The notes: a model not told the origin generated them from the sequence alone. A stretch of 64,000 nucleotides of DNA from Nitrospirota bacterium (GCA_963699545.1 CAVOUE010000003.1:416001-480000), one strand, 5' to 3'. Shown: positions 1 to 8,852, counted from the stretch's first letter. Numbers and translations are program-made.

Positions 1-5
1 AGACG

Positions 6-512
6 TTGAAGGCGGTAAGCGAACTCTCCTGCGAAACACAACTCTTTATGCTGAACTGCATGAATATCAAACCGTGTCAGGATTGCGGCGGTTGCGAAAA
101 AACAGGGGCCTGCATCATCAGTGATGATATGAATGACATCTCCCGGGCCATACGGGAGGCGGACAGGATTGTCCTCGCCTCCCCTATTTTCTTCTTCGGT
201 CTGAGTGCCCAGGCAAAGATCATGATCGATCGGTGCCAGGCCTTCTGGTGCGAGAAATATCTCTTAAAAAGACCTGTCCCGTCAGGTCCTCACGGGAGAA
301 AGGGACTTCTCCTCCTGGTCGGAGGGATGAAAAAAGAGATTGGCATTCAGTGTGCAGAGGCGACCGCAGCGGCATTTTTCAGAACCATAAGCGTTCCGGA
401 ACACAGGACGCTGAGCTTTCTTGGTGTTGATGCCAAGGGGGCGATTCTTGAGCATCCCGAGGCGCTGAAGAGTGCATTTGAAGCGGGCAAGGACCTTGTA
501 AAGGTCGCATGA
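6..512 (+). CDS. Flavodoxin-like iron-sulfur flavoprotein / NADPH-dependent FMN reductase (5' end probably cut by window edge)
   Basis: CQDCGGC-x4-C cysteine cluster followed by DDM...ASPIFF...KIMIDR flavodoxin-fold motifs. Confidence 0.8.
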   Translation: MKAVSELSCETQLFMLNCMNIKPCQDCGGCEKTGACIISDDMNDISRAIREADRIVLASPIFFFGLSAQAKIMIDRCQAFWCEKYLLKRPVPSGPHGRKGLLLLVGGMKKEIGIQCAEATAAAFFRTISVPEHRTLSFLGVDAKGAILEHPEALKSAFEAGKDLVKVA

Positions 513-679
513 GGGCATTGAATTCGCTCAATGCGTGACGGTCGTTATCCTCCTTTTCCAGAATGAATACAACACGATCACAGCCCCCTTCGTGAGTTTA
601 CAAAAATCATAGGTATGGTATAAACTAACGTCGTTCTGATGAGAGGGGCGGATGCCCCGAATGCTCATCGGTTGCTTTT

Positions 680-750
680 TGGGGAGTCGTCCAATGGCAG
701 GACGGCAGACTCTGGATCTGCTTATAGGGGTTCGAATCCTCTCTCCCCAG
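680..750 (+). tRNA. tRNA-Gln (CTG)
   Basis: Cloverleaf: acceptor TGGGGAG/CTCCCCA, anticodon arm GCAGA-CT CTG GA-TCTGC, T-loop TTCGAAT; CCA not encoded. Confidence 0.95.
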
Positions 751-797
751 TCATCCGGGGTCCCTGAAAGATCGAAGATTTTTTGGGGTGCCCATTT

Positions 798-873
798 GGT
801 CCCATCGTCTAGAGGCCTAGGACGTGGCCCTCTCAAGGCTAAAACACGGGTTCGAATCCCGTTGGGACCGCCA
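798..873 (+). tRNA. tRNA-Glu (CTC)
   Basis: Cloverleaf: acceptor GGTCCCA/TGGGACC, anticodon arm TGGCC-CT CTC AA-GGCTA, TTCGAAT T-loop, encoded CCA at 871-873. Confidence 0.95.
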
Positions 874-1077
874 GCACGCCTGTCAGATCCCCGTTCACTC
901 TCTGTTTCTTCTCTGTCTCACCATCGAACGCGTGGGTGCGCACACCGGGAAAGATCATCATCTGAAGAGAAATGCCTTTCGCGGAACGAACGGGAGCACG
1001 AGCGAAAAGAACAAAGCATACGTGGCTCCGCTCAGGTGCTCTTTCCCGAAGGCCAACGGGACCGCGGGGTTCTTCAA

Positions 1078-1188
1078 CGTAGTTCACTTAATAAAACGAT
1101 TGTTCTTTATTTAGCATCGTTCACAAAGAAGCACTATCTGTTGTTTCATACGGATCGTTCACAATAATGCATTATCTGTTCTTTATTG
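1078..1188 (+). repeat. Three imperfect 37-38 bp tandem direct repeats upstream of the wHTH gene promoter
   Basis: GTTCAC at 1082, 1119 and 1157, each followed ~20 nt later by TGTT(C); copies 1116-1142 and 1154-1180 match at 23/27 nt. Confidence 0.7.
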
Positions 1189-1199
1189 CAATTTTTTTG

Positions 1200-1228
1200 T
1201 TGACAAATTAACTTTTTTAGTATATAAC
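1200..1228 (+). promoter_or_regulatory. sigma70-type promoter
   Basis: TTGACA (1200-1205), 17 nt, TATAAC (1223-1228). Confidence 0.75.
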
Positions 1229-1238
1229 TATACCAGGA

Positions 1239-1790
1239 ATGAAAATGTTAAAGAGTTTATTCTCCTCATCCATCAGGGCAGATGTCCTTTCACTGCTCCT
1301 CAACAGTCCCGACGAGAAATTCTATGTCCGTGAGATCGCAAAGCTGCTCAGAAAAAATCCCTCAGGCGTAAAGCGCGAACTCGACAACCTTGAACAGATG
1401 GGGATCGTGCTCAGTGAAAAGGTTGCTAATCTTAAGTACTTCCAGGCGAACAACGAGTCACCTCTCTTCTCGGAGCTGAAGAATCTTATTACCAAATCCC
1501 TCGGATTGCCGGGTGCCATTAAGGCGGTTATCAGGGCATCCGGCGCCAAGGCTGCCTTTATCTATGGTCCATACGCAGAAGGTGAAGATGTGGACACCGT
1601 TGATCTGTTTATCATCGGGGCCTCACCCGTGGTATTAAAGGGACTGAAGGATCTGCAAAGGAAGTTTAACCAGAAGATAAATTGCACATTGATGGACGAG
1701 GACGAGTATAAGACCAAGCGGAAGAAAAAGGATGCAGCACTGAGAAGGCTCCTTTCAGGAAAGCGGATCGCGCTTATCGGAAGGACTTAG
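1239..1790 (+). CDS. Winged-helix DNA-binding protein fused to a degenerate minimal nucleotidyltransferase (MNT)-like domain
   Basis: N-terminal wHTH (FYVREIAKLL...VKRELDNLEQMGIV); C-terminal FIYGPYAEG...DTVDLFIIG aligns with the MNT GS...DxD signature but with substitutions. Confidence 0.75.
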   Translation: MKMLKSLFSSSIRADVLSLLLNSPDEKFYVREIAKLLRKNPSGVKRELDNLEQMGIVLSEKVANLKYFQANNESPLFSELKNLITKSLGLPGAIKAVIRASGAKAAFIYGPYAEGEDVDTVDLFIIGASPVVLKGLKDLQRKFNQKINCTLMDEDEYKTKRKKKDAALRRLLSGKRIALIGRT

Positions 1791-1836
1791 TTCAGGCTTC
1801 CCCGATTTTTCGGGGATAGAAAGGGGGTGAAGAATA

Positions 1837-1911
1837 ATGGCGACAAAGAAGGCAGCAGCAAAGAAACCGGCGGCGAAGAAGACCGCAAAGAAGACCGCAA
1901 AGAAGAAATAA
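1837..1911 (+). CDS. 24-aa Lys/Ala-rich histone-H1-like micropeptide MATKKAAAKKPAAKKTAKKTAKKK
   Basis: SD-like AAGGGGGTGA 6 nt before the ATG, TAA stop, terminator immediately after; below the ORF-track size cutoff. Confidence 0.75.
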   Translation: MATKKAAAKKPAAKKTAKKTAKKK

Positions 1912-1931
1912 GGAAAGTCTTGTGGAGACTC

Positions 1932-1967
1932 AGGGCTGGAGAAGAGATTCTCCAGCCCTCTTTTTTT
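1932..1967 (+). terminator. Intrinsic terminator
   Basis: 12-bp stem AGGGCTGGAGAA/TTCTCCAGCCCT, 4-nt loop, then C and T7. Confidence 0.85.
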
Positions 1968-2058
1968 GCGGTCTTCAATTTGCGGTCTTCGTAGATATGA
2001 AACCCGATTTCGAGAAAAAATTCAAGAGAAATTTGTAACGTATTGAAACTAAAGGGTT

Positions 2059-2937
2059 TTAGAGATGAAGCTGGGCCTGTGGCTGTTCAAGCTTCTGATA
2101 CAATCTCCCAGCACTCCGGACAGGAGATGACTTCTTCATGAACTTCAGATTCGTTGAGTGTCCTGCTTTGTTGGAGAGTATGTGGCCGTATATGGGAAAG
2201 CCGATCAGCGAAAAATCACCGATGGAATCCAGTATCTTATGCCGCACGAACTCATCCTTGAATCTGAGTCCAGAAGAGTTCAGCACGCCGTCATCACCAA
2301 GAATTATGGCGTTGTTAAGAGAGCCTCCCTTTGCGAGCCCGTTTGCCATCATATACTGGACGTCCTTGAGGAAACCAAAGGTCCGGGCGGGCGCGACCTC
2401 CTTTATAAAGGTCTCTTCATTCAGTTCCACGCTCAGGTTCTGCTCCCCGAGGAGGTGATGGGTGAAATGTATCCTAAAAGTGATTTTTCTCCCTTCATAG
2501 GGGAAGACGGCTATTTCGGCGTGACCGTCCTCCATAAGGAGCGGTTTTATTATCCTCATGTACGGCATCTTCTTGCCCTGTTTAGCGATACCTCCCTGCA
2601 AAATGATGCTCACCAATTCAGTGGAACTTCCGTCGAGTATTGGTATTTCAGGACCGTCCACCTCAATGATCAGGTTGTCAATGCCCAAACCGGCCAGGGC
2701 GGCAAGAATATGCTCAACGGTCTTGATCTTGACGTTGCCGCTGCCCAGAGTTGTCGCAAATGCAGTATCAGTAACAGCGCCGATATGGGACCTGATCACC
2801 GTCATTCTGTCCACCCGGTTGAAGATAATCCCCGAGTCCCGGGGAGCAGGTTTCAGCGTGACGGTAGCATGCCTTCCCGTATGGAGGCCAATACCGCTAA
2901 AGCTCACTTCTTGTCTGAGGGTCCTTTGTAAACGCAT
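2059..2937 (-). CDS. lpxC: UDP-3-O-acyl-N-acetylglucosamine deacetylase
   Basis: MRLQRTL...GIGLHTG, TVEH, EIPILDGS, ARTFGF, HKILD and GH motifs; start probably at 2937 (track uses 2949); C-terminus may carry an indel. Confidence 0.95.
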   Translation of the reverse strand: MRLQRTLRQEVSFSGIGLHTGRHATVTLKPAPRDSGIIFNRVDRMTVIRSHIGAVTDTAFATTLGSGNVKIKTVEHILAALAGLGIDNLIIEVDGPEIPILDGSSTELVSIILQGGIAKQGKKMPYMRIIKPLLMEDGHAEIAVFPYEGRKITFRIHFTHHLLGEQNLSVELNEETFIKEVAPARTFGFLKDVQYMMANGLAKGGSLNNAIILGDDGVLNSSGLRFKDEFVRHKILDSIGDFSLIGFPIYGHILSNKAGHSTNLKFMKKSSPVRSAGRLYQKLEQPQAQLHL

Positions 2938-2955
2938 AAAACTACTCATTTAAGT

Positions 2956-2971
2956 TGCAAAGAAGATGCCA
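2956..2971 (-). promoter_or_regulatory. sigma54 (-24/-12) promoter of lpxC
   Basis: Minus strand TGGCAT-CTTCT-TTGCA fits TGGCAC-N5-TTGC(A/T) with exact spacing; AT-rich sequence upstream. Confidence 0.75.
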
Positions 2972-3069
2972 GAAAAAAACCTTTTAGTTAAAGGGGTTTC
3001 AGTTGAAAAGTGTTGTTTATATTCTTCAAGTGTCTAATAAATGCAACACTCTTCAGCCGGAAGATATCT

Positions 3070-4457
3070 AGGCGGCTTAGAACTTCACCACCAACTACCA
3101 TCTCGCGAATCCTCAAGGTTGGCATTGCGTCTGATACCGGCACCCCCTGGGCGTCCTTTCCGCACGTACCGATGGAGAAACCCAGGTCCGAGGCTATCAG
3201 GTCAATGCATTAAGAACACAGGGTCCGTTGCCGGCGAGGTGGCTTCCCTACTGGTTCGCCGATGACGCCGTTATCTATCATGTACCCTTCCTGGACCTCA
3301 AAGACGAAATCTCCGGTGACGGTATTCACCTGTCCTCCCCCCATTCTTTTTACGAAGAGACCCTCCGGAGTGGATTTTACCACTTCATCGGAGGTGGTAT
3401 CTCCCGGTGCGATGAACGTGTTGGACATCCTTGGCAGAGGCCTATGCCGATAGGATTCGCGTCTCCCGTTCCCGGTGGATGCTACCCCATCCCTGGCAGC
3501 CGTAAACTTGTCATACATATAGCTGCTCAGTATGCCCCTGTCCACAAGAACGGTCCTCTGGGAGGGAGTACCTTCGTCGTCGAAACGGTAGGAGCCCCTC
3601 TTATGGGGGAGTGTTGCATCGTCTATGACCGTGACGAGTCTGGATGCCACCTCACGGCCTAATTGATGAGAGTACACCGACAGTCCGTACTGTGCAAGGT
3701 CTGCTTCAAGTCCGTGGCCGATTGCCTCATGGATCATGGTACCGCCGGCATCCGAAGATATGACCACAGGCATTCTGCCCCCCGGTGCCCTTCTGGCCCG
3801 AAGCATCATGAGCGCCCTGCGGGATGCCTTGAGGGAAAGTTCCTCCACCGATACACTGTCGAACAGCTCAAACCCGATGTGACCGCCGGCAGTTTCGTGC
3901 CCCGTCTGAATTACCCCGTTCTCCGATGCGATGACATGGACCATGGAAAGGGTATGGACGCGCTCATCCTCTGCAATAATTCCTTCTGAGGTAACGATGT
4001 AAACCCGCTGAATGAAGTCACGATAATGTGCCGATACCTGTTTGATGCGGCTGTCAGATGAACGGGCTGCACGGTCCGCCCTATGCACAAGATCGACCTT
4101 CGCCGCCATAGGTATGGTGTCCGGGAATTTTTCAATGACCAAGTCCGTCCCGGGCCTTGCCTTCCTGAGGTCAAACAGAGGGTTGGAAGGCCCCTTGACC
4201 GCTTTCCCGAGGGTCTCAGCAAGTTCCGTGAGGGATTCTTCAGATGCGTCATTGCAGAAGGCATAGGAACTCTTCCCTTCCCATATCAGTCTTATCCCGA
4301 CCCCGCTGTCCACCCCGGTCGAGACCTTCTCCACTTTTTTATCTTCCAGGTGAATGGACGTTGTCCTCTTCTGTTCAAGGAAGATATCGGCATATTCACC
4401 GCCACGGGACAACACCTTTTTCAATACGTTTCGGTACAGATCAGGATCGAGCACCAT
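3070..4457 (-). CDS. tldD: TldD-family metalloprotease (frameshift near 3245; 3' end approximate)
   Basis: HEAIGHGLEAD, FDDEG, TGNGRRESY and PRMSNT motifs; conserved CGKDAQGVPV...PTLRI tail continues in another frame. Confidence 0.9.
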
Positions 4458-4610
4458 AAACCCTCTCTTCTTGGCTACTGGACTTCCGGGAGGTTTCTAT
4501 TATAGCATTATACCGATGCGGGAAGGAGCCGGTGAGGGAAGGGATTCAGACAATCAGGAGAAGGCATCTTTGTATCCCGGAATTCCTGAGCTTCAAGAAA
4601 GGGTGAGTCT

Positions 4611-5396
4611 ATGCCGAAAGTCGGAATGATTGCGGGAAGCGGTTTTCATGAGATTGAAGGGGTCGAAATCAAGGAGCTGAAAAAAGTGACGACTCCGTAT
4701 GGAGAACCCTCCGATTTGTACCGGCTTTGCGAGCTATCAGGGAGAGAAGTCGTTTTCTTGTCGCGCCACGGAACCCCTCACCATATCCCTCCGCACATGA
4801 TTAATTATCGGGCGAACATGTGGGGCTTCAGAGAACTTGGCGTAGAGCGTATCTTGTCGGTGAATGCGGTGGGAGGGATAAACCGGGAACTGGGACCGGG
4901 AGATATGGTGATACCGGACCAGATCATTGATGTGACTCACGGAAGGGCCTCGACATTTTTTGATCGCGATGAGGTGATTCACATAGATTTTACTCATCCT
5001 TTTTGCAGTGAGATCAGGGACTCTCTTATCACTGCCGGCAGGAAGTTGAAAATATCACGGGAAGAAGATGGTACCTACGTGTGCGTGAATGGACCTCGTC
5101 TCGAAAGCAAGGCAGAGATAGAACATTTCTCGTCCATGGGCGCCGATATCGTAGGCATGACCGTAATGCCTGAAGCCCCTCTGGCCAGGGAACTGGAGAT
5201 CTGCTTTGCCGGTATCGCTGTGGTCACGAACTATGCAGCGGGCATACATGATAAACGACTGACCACCGCTGAAGTTGTGGAAACCATGAAGACCTCTAAA
5301 GAACGACTCAAAGACCTCCTGACAGAGACACTCAAGCTTATTCCGGAAGTCAGGAAATGCAGCTGTCAACATGCGCTGAAAGACGCTCGGATGTAA
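4611..5396 (+). CDS. mtnP: S-methyl-5'-thioadenosine/thioinosine phosphorylase
   Basis: TPYG, LSRHG, PPH-INYRAN, NAVGG, GPRLES, VGMT and TNYAAG motifs. Confidence 0.9.
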   Translation: MPKVGMIAGSGFHEIEGVEIKELKKVTTPYGEPSDLYRLCELSGREVVFLSRHGTPHHIPPHMINYRANMWGFRELGVERILSVNAVGGINRELGPGDMVIPDQIIDVTHGRASTFFDRDEVIHIDFTHPFCSEIRDSLITAGRKLKISREEDGTYVCVNGPRLESKAEIEHFSSMGADIVGMTVMPEAPLARELEICFAGIAVVTNYAAGIHDKRLTTAEVVETMKTSKERLKDLLTETLKLIPEVRKCSCQHALKDARM

Positions 5397-5543
5397 ATTG
5401 GCTGCTCCACTTTGTTCATAGATCATTTTTTTTATTCTCCCATCGATTCCCGCACTATGAAGCACATGTTCCCTCCTGAAAATCTTGCTTTTCTGAAACT
5501 TGTCATTTGCCATGGCTTACGAGCGGATATCAGCGGTTTCTTC

Positions 5544-5573
5544 TTGACATCGGTCCGACAAGCAAGGTATAAA
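5544..5573 (+). promoter_or_regulatory. Putative promoter driving the cassette array (Pc-like)
   Basis: TTGACA, 18 nt, TATAAA, ~30 nt before the first GTTAGAC core site. Confidence 0.5.
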
Positions 5574-5601
5574 AAGGGTGATTCTTCGAGGGGGGTCGTT
5601 T

Positions 5602-5757
5602 GTTAGACAGAAAACTCGATAACACCACAAAAGTAATATTAGCCGATCACGATAGCACGATAGAACAATCAGTTACGCCGGAAGTAATGTCTATGGTAGA
5701 TTGGGGAGACCGGAAAATTCCGGAGTTATCGAGAAACTATCTAATAACTGGTTAGAC
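5602..5757 (+). other. Integron-like recombination core sites / gene-less cassette (attI-like)
   Basis: GTTAGAC at 5602 and 5751; inverted ATCTAAT at 5739 lies 5 nt before the second core; internal inverted repeat CTCGATAAC (5615) / GTTATCGAG (5725). Confidence 0.45.
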
Positions 5758-5793
5758 TACACTGAAGAATGATACTTACTAGAGGAACGTCCT

Positions 5794-6375
5794 ATGATAT
5801 ACCGACAAGATAACGAATTTGAAGACAAATCAATAGAGTTGAAAGATCCTATACGAACGCTCCTTCTGCGATGGAGGAGAAATTGCTTGCGCAGTCAAAT
5901 TGCTAATTATGATGCCGCAAACTGGTTTTCGAAAGCTAATTATTGGATTGGCATTCCAGCAACATTTCTTGCTGCGGGGGTTGCCACAAGCATGTTCGCA
6001 ACACTTCAGACTCAGCTTTCAACGTGGGCGAAGATAAGTTTTGGACTCCTAAGTGCTCTGGCGGCCCTACTTGCTGCGTTACAAACCTTTCTCCGATTAG
6101 AAGATCGTTCCAATAAACACCGAGCGTCCGCGGGCAAATATGGCAGTGTGAAACGTGAAATTGATTTATTGCTTGCTAAGACTCAATCAGATCAATCCAT
6201 TTCGGAAGTAGACGTAGAGTCAATTCGAAAGCGTATGGATTCCTTGGCGAAGGACGCTCCTGAAATGCCTGAACGTTTCTGGCAAGGCGTTCATCAAAAG
6301 GTACCACCCAGAGCAGAAGAAGACCATAGCCTTGCATCTCTAGCTGAGGATAATAAGTTAAAGGAACAGCCATGA
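5794..6375 (+). CDS. SLATT-family two-transmembrane effector
   Basis: Two hydrophobic helices (WIGIPATFLAAGVATSMF; ISFGLLSALAALLAALQTF) followed by HRASAGKYGSVKREI, a typical SLATT layout. Confidence 0.75.
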   Translation: MIYRQDNEFEDKSIELKDPIRTLLLRWRRNCLRSQIANYDAANWFSKANYWIGIPATFLAAGVATSMFATLQTQLSTWAKISFGLLSALAALLAALQTFLRLEDRSNKHRASAGKYGSVKREIDLLLAKTQSDQSISEVDVESIRKRMDSLAKDAPEMPERFWQGVHQKVPPRAEEDHSLASLAEDNKLKEQP

Positions 6376-7370
6376 TGACAAACGAGTATATTCCTGGACT
6401 CGGTCTAATTCCTAACGACGCTGGAATGTATGGAATTGAAAAGACATCCGATGGGCGCTTTAGAGCTGGTGAACATGGGGTCAGATTTATAATATCGACT
6501 GGTGATAGGAAGGTAGAGTTTGTGTCATTCAATACTCATACCCTTGCCTATGTAAAATCAGCAATGGGGTATCCGGCCTATTATCCCGTTCATGATGTCA
6601 AACTTGAGAAGCCAATCAGAGGTCTGCTGCTCGATCTCGATGGGACCATCATACGAAGCGAGAACTTTTGGATCTGGATTATCGAGAAGACCATCGCAAG
6701 TCTTCTTGAGGATCCAGACTTCAGACTCAAAAAAGACGACATAATCCATGTTTCAGGGCAAAGTGTATCAGAGCACCTTCAATACTGTATCACGGAATAT
6801 TGTCCAGAAAAGACTTTAGAAGACGCACGGAAATGGTATTTCAAACATACTCAATACGAAACGAGCGAAATCATAAAAGGACGTGGGGTAAAGGAGGCTT
6901 TTAAGCCTTCGCCGGGTATTAAAGATTTTCTACTTGCCCTAAGAGAGATGGGAGTAAAGATCGGCCTCGTTACTTCAGGGCTATATGAAAAGGCATGGCC
7001 TGAAATTATTTTTGCAGCACATAGTCTTAAGATAGAAAAGCCTCAGGATTTCTTTCATGTAATTATCACCGCAGGATTTCCACTCCGCAATGGGGCACCC
7101 GGAACCCTTGCCGAACTTCCGGCCAAGCCACATCCTTGGCTCTATGCGGAGGCAGCACGGATAGGTTTCGGCTTTCCGTTTGAAGAAAGACATCACGTCG
7201 TAGGCATTGAAGATAGCGGTGTAGGCATCTGTTCAATACGGCTTGCGGGCTTTTCCGCGATCGGTATTAGTGGCGGCAATATTGTTGACAGCGGCACTAA
7301 AGCGCTTTGTACAAATTATTGCGAGAGCTTTGAAGACATTCTTTTTGTTATAAGAAGGTATGTGATTTGA
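6372..7370 (+). CDS. HAD-superfamily phosphatase (beta-PGM-like) with N-terminal extension
   Basis: Motif I DLDGT, motif II VTSG, KPHP, motif IV IEDS; start abuts or overlaps the SLATT stop. Confidence 0.85.
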   Translation: MMTNEYIPGLGLIPNDAGMYGIEKTSDGRFRAGEHGVRFIISTGDRKVEFVSFNTHTLAYVKSAMGYPAYYPVHDVKLEKPIRGLLLDLDGTIIRSENFWIWIIEKTIASLLEDPDFRLKKDDIIHVSGQSVSEHLQYCITEYCPEKTLEDARKWYFKHTQYETSEIIKGRGVKEAFKPSPGIKDFLLALREMGVKIGLVTSGLYEKAWPEIIFAAHSLKIEKPQDFFHVIITAGFPLRNGAPGTLAELPAKPHPWLYAEAARIGFGFPFEERHHVVGIEDSGVGICSIRLAGFSAIGISGGNIVDSGTKALCTNYCESFEDILFVIRRYVI

Positions 7371-7495
7371 CAAATGAAAAGCTGTCGCACGGTAAGGGGT
7401 CTTGCATAGCATATTTCTGTCCTAATCTAGTACACGGAGTATGGGACGATGCCAATTTAAATAACTTATTAAACGATGGCGAATCGGCAAGAGAG

Positions 7496-7674
7496 CTCTA
7501 ACCAGGCGCACAAGCCGTCAAGCGGCTTAGCTTGTTGTTCCCATCCGGCGCTTCGCGCCGAACGGGAATGCGGCGGTAAGCGTCGACTGCCTGTCCTCGG
7601 CGCAAAGCGCCTGCGGGAACCAGGCAGTCAAGACGGACAAGCCCTTCGGGCGGCCGCTTACCGCCGCATTGGGC
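7496..7674 (+). other. attC-like site(s), composite of ~180 bp
   Basis: R''-like CTCTAAC, 5 nt, GCACAAGC...GCTTAGC, 5 nt, GTTCCCA; then CGGGAAT and a perfect 16-bp inverted repeat AATGCGGCGGTAAGCG/CGCTTACCGCCGCATT ending in ATTGGGC, whose TTGGGC complements GCCCAA(C) at the far end of the next gene. Confidence 0.65.
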
Positions 7675-7694
7675 ACTAATATTAGTAAATAGAG

Positions 7695-8852
7695 ATGGAG
7701 GGTAATAAAATGGGAGCAAAAAAGAAAGACACGACTGAATCGGAAAGGACGAGTAACCAGAAACGTAGCTATTTGTCACAGACTGACGTGCCTGGCTTAT
7801 CCTTGGAACAAGCATTACGCGTGCCACGGGCTATCGCCGAAAACTATGCTGGAGGCCCCGTTACACCACTACAACTAGCCTCTGCGCTAAATATGACTCC
7901 GTCTTCTGGCCCCTTCAAAACTCTATGTGGTGCATCTATAGCCTACGGTTTAACTGAAGGCGGATACAATGCACAGTCAATAGCACTCACAACGCTTGGC
8001 AAGAGAATTGTAAAGCCTCTTGAGGAGAATGATGATACTGTGGCCAAACGTGAGGCAATACTAAAACCTCGTGTGCTGGGCGACTTTCTAAATAAGTACA
8101 ATGGATCTCCTCTTCCTAGACATGACATAGCAATGAATGTTCTCGAAGAAATGAAAGTGCCATCAGATAAAACGGAATCTGTTTATACCTTAATTTTAGA
8201 TAGCGCAAACTCGGTCGGACTTCTTCGTGAGATAAAAAACAAGCAGTATGTGGACCTGACAGGTGTCGATCAATCAACTGTTGTTGAGCAAGCAAGTAGC
8301 GAAACCGAAGAAGAAACAGTCAAAGGGGGAGATCGCGAACCGTCAATCGCACCAGCCTCAGCCGTTACCCAGGTAGCTTCAACACCGGGTAGTGCCTCCC
8401 GCAAGGTATTCATTACGCATGGAAAGAACAAGGAGTTCATCGAGCCAATAAAGAAGCTTCTTGGCTTCGGAGAATTAACACATATTGTATCTGTTGAGAA
8501 ACAGTCAGTTTCAAAGCCGGTTCCGGAAAAGGTTATGGATGATATGCGCAGTTGTGGAGCAGCCATCATACACGTTGAAGACGAAATGAAACTCATCGAT
8601 AAAGAAGCTAATGAGCATGTAATTATCAATCCTAACGTCCTTATTGAAATTGGCGCTGCCATGGCGCTCTATGGTCGGCGATTTATCTTGCTAGTTAAAG
8701 AAGGAGTCGAGCTTCCATCAAATCTGCAAGGATTGTACGAGGTCCGCTATAAAGGCGATATGCTAGACGGTGAAGCAACAATTAAGTTATTGGAAGCTAT
8801 TAATGACATCAAGAATAATCCGATCCCAGAACGGTACAAGAGTAATACCTGA
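7695..8852 (+). CDS. TIR-like (CAP12/Pycsar-type) domain protein with unknown N-terminal domain; gene cassette
   Basis: C-terminal KVFITHGKN...NPNVLIEIG...LPSNLQG signature with the conserved Glu; acidic linker; start may be 7710. Confidence 0.8.
   Translation: MEGNKMGAKKKDTTESERTSNQKRSYLSQTDVPGLSLEQALRVPRAIAENYAGGPVTPLQLASALNMTPSSGPFKTLCGASIAYGLTEGGYNAQSIALTTLGKRIVKPLEENDDTVAKREAILKPRVLGDFLNKYNGSPLPRHDIAMNVLEEMKVPSDKTESVYTLILDSANSVGLLREIKNKQYVDLTGVDQSTVVEQASSETEEETVKGGDREPSIAPASAVTQVASTPGSASRKVFITHGKNKEFIEPIKKLLGFGELTHIVSVEKQSVSKPVPEKVMDDMRSCGAAIIHVEDEMKLIDKEANEHVIINPNVLIEIGAAMALYGRRFILLVKEGVELPSNLQGLYEVRYKGDMLDGEATIKLLEAINDIKNNPIPERYKSNT

Noticed and set aside
652-1167. 171-aa ORF and overlapping ORFs
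   Set aside because: They run across two clear tRNA genes
1078-1188. Possible mini-CRISPR
   Set aside because: Units are tandem and degenerate with no unique spacers, and no cas genes are present
5397-5600. Integron integrase next to the array
   Set aside because: Only ~200 bp separate mtnP from the first core site and no tyrosine recombinase motifs are seen
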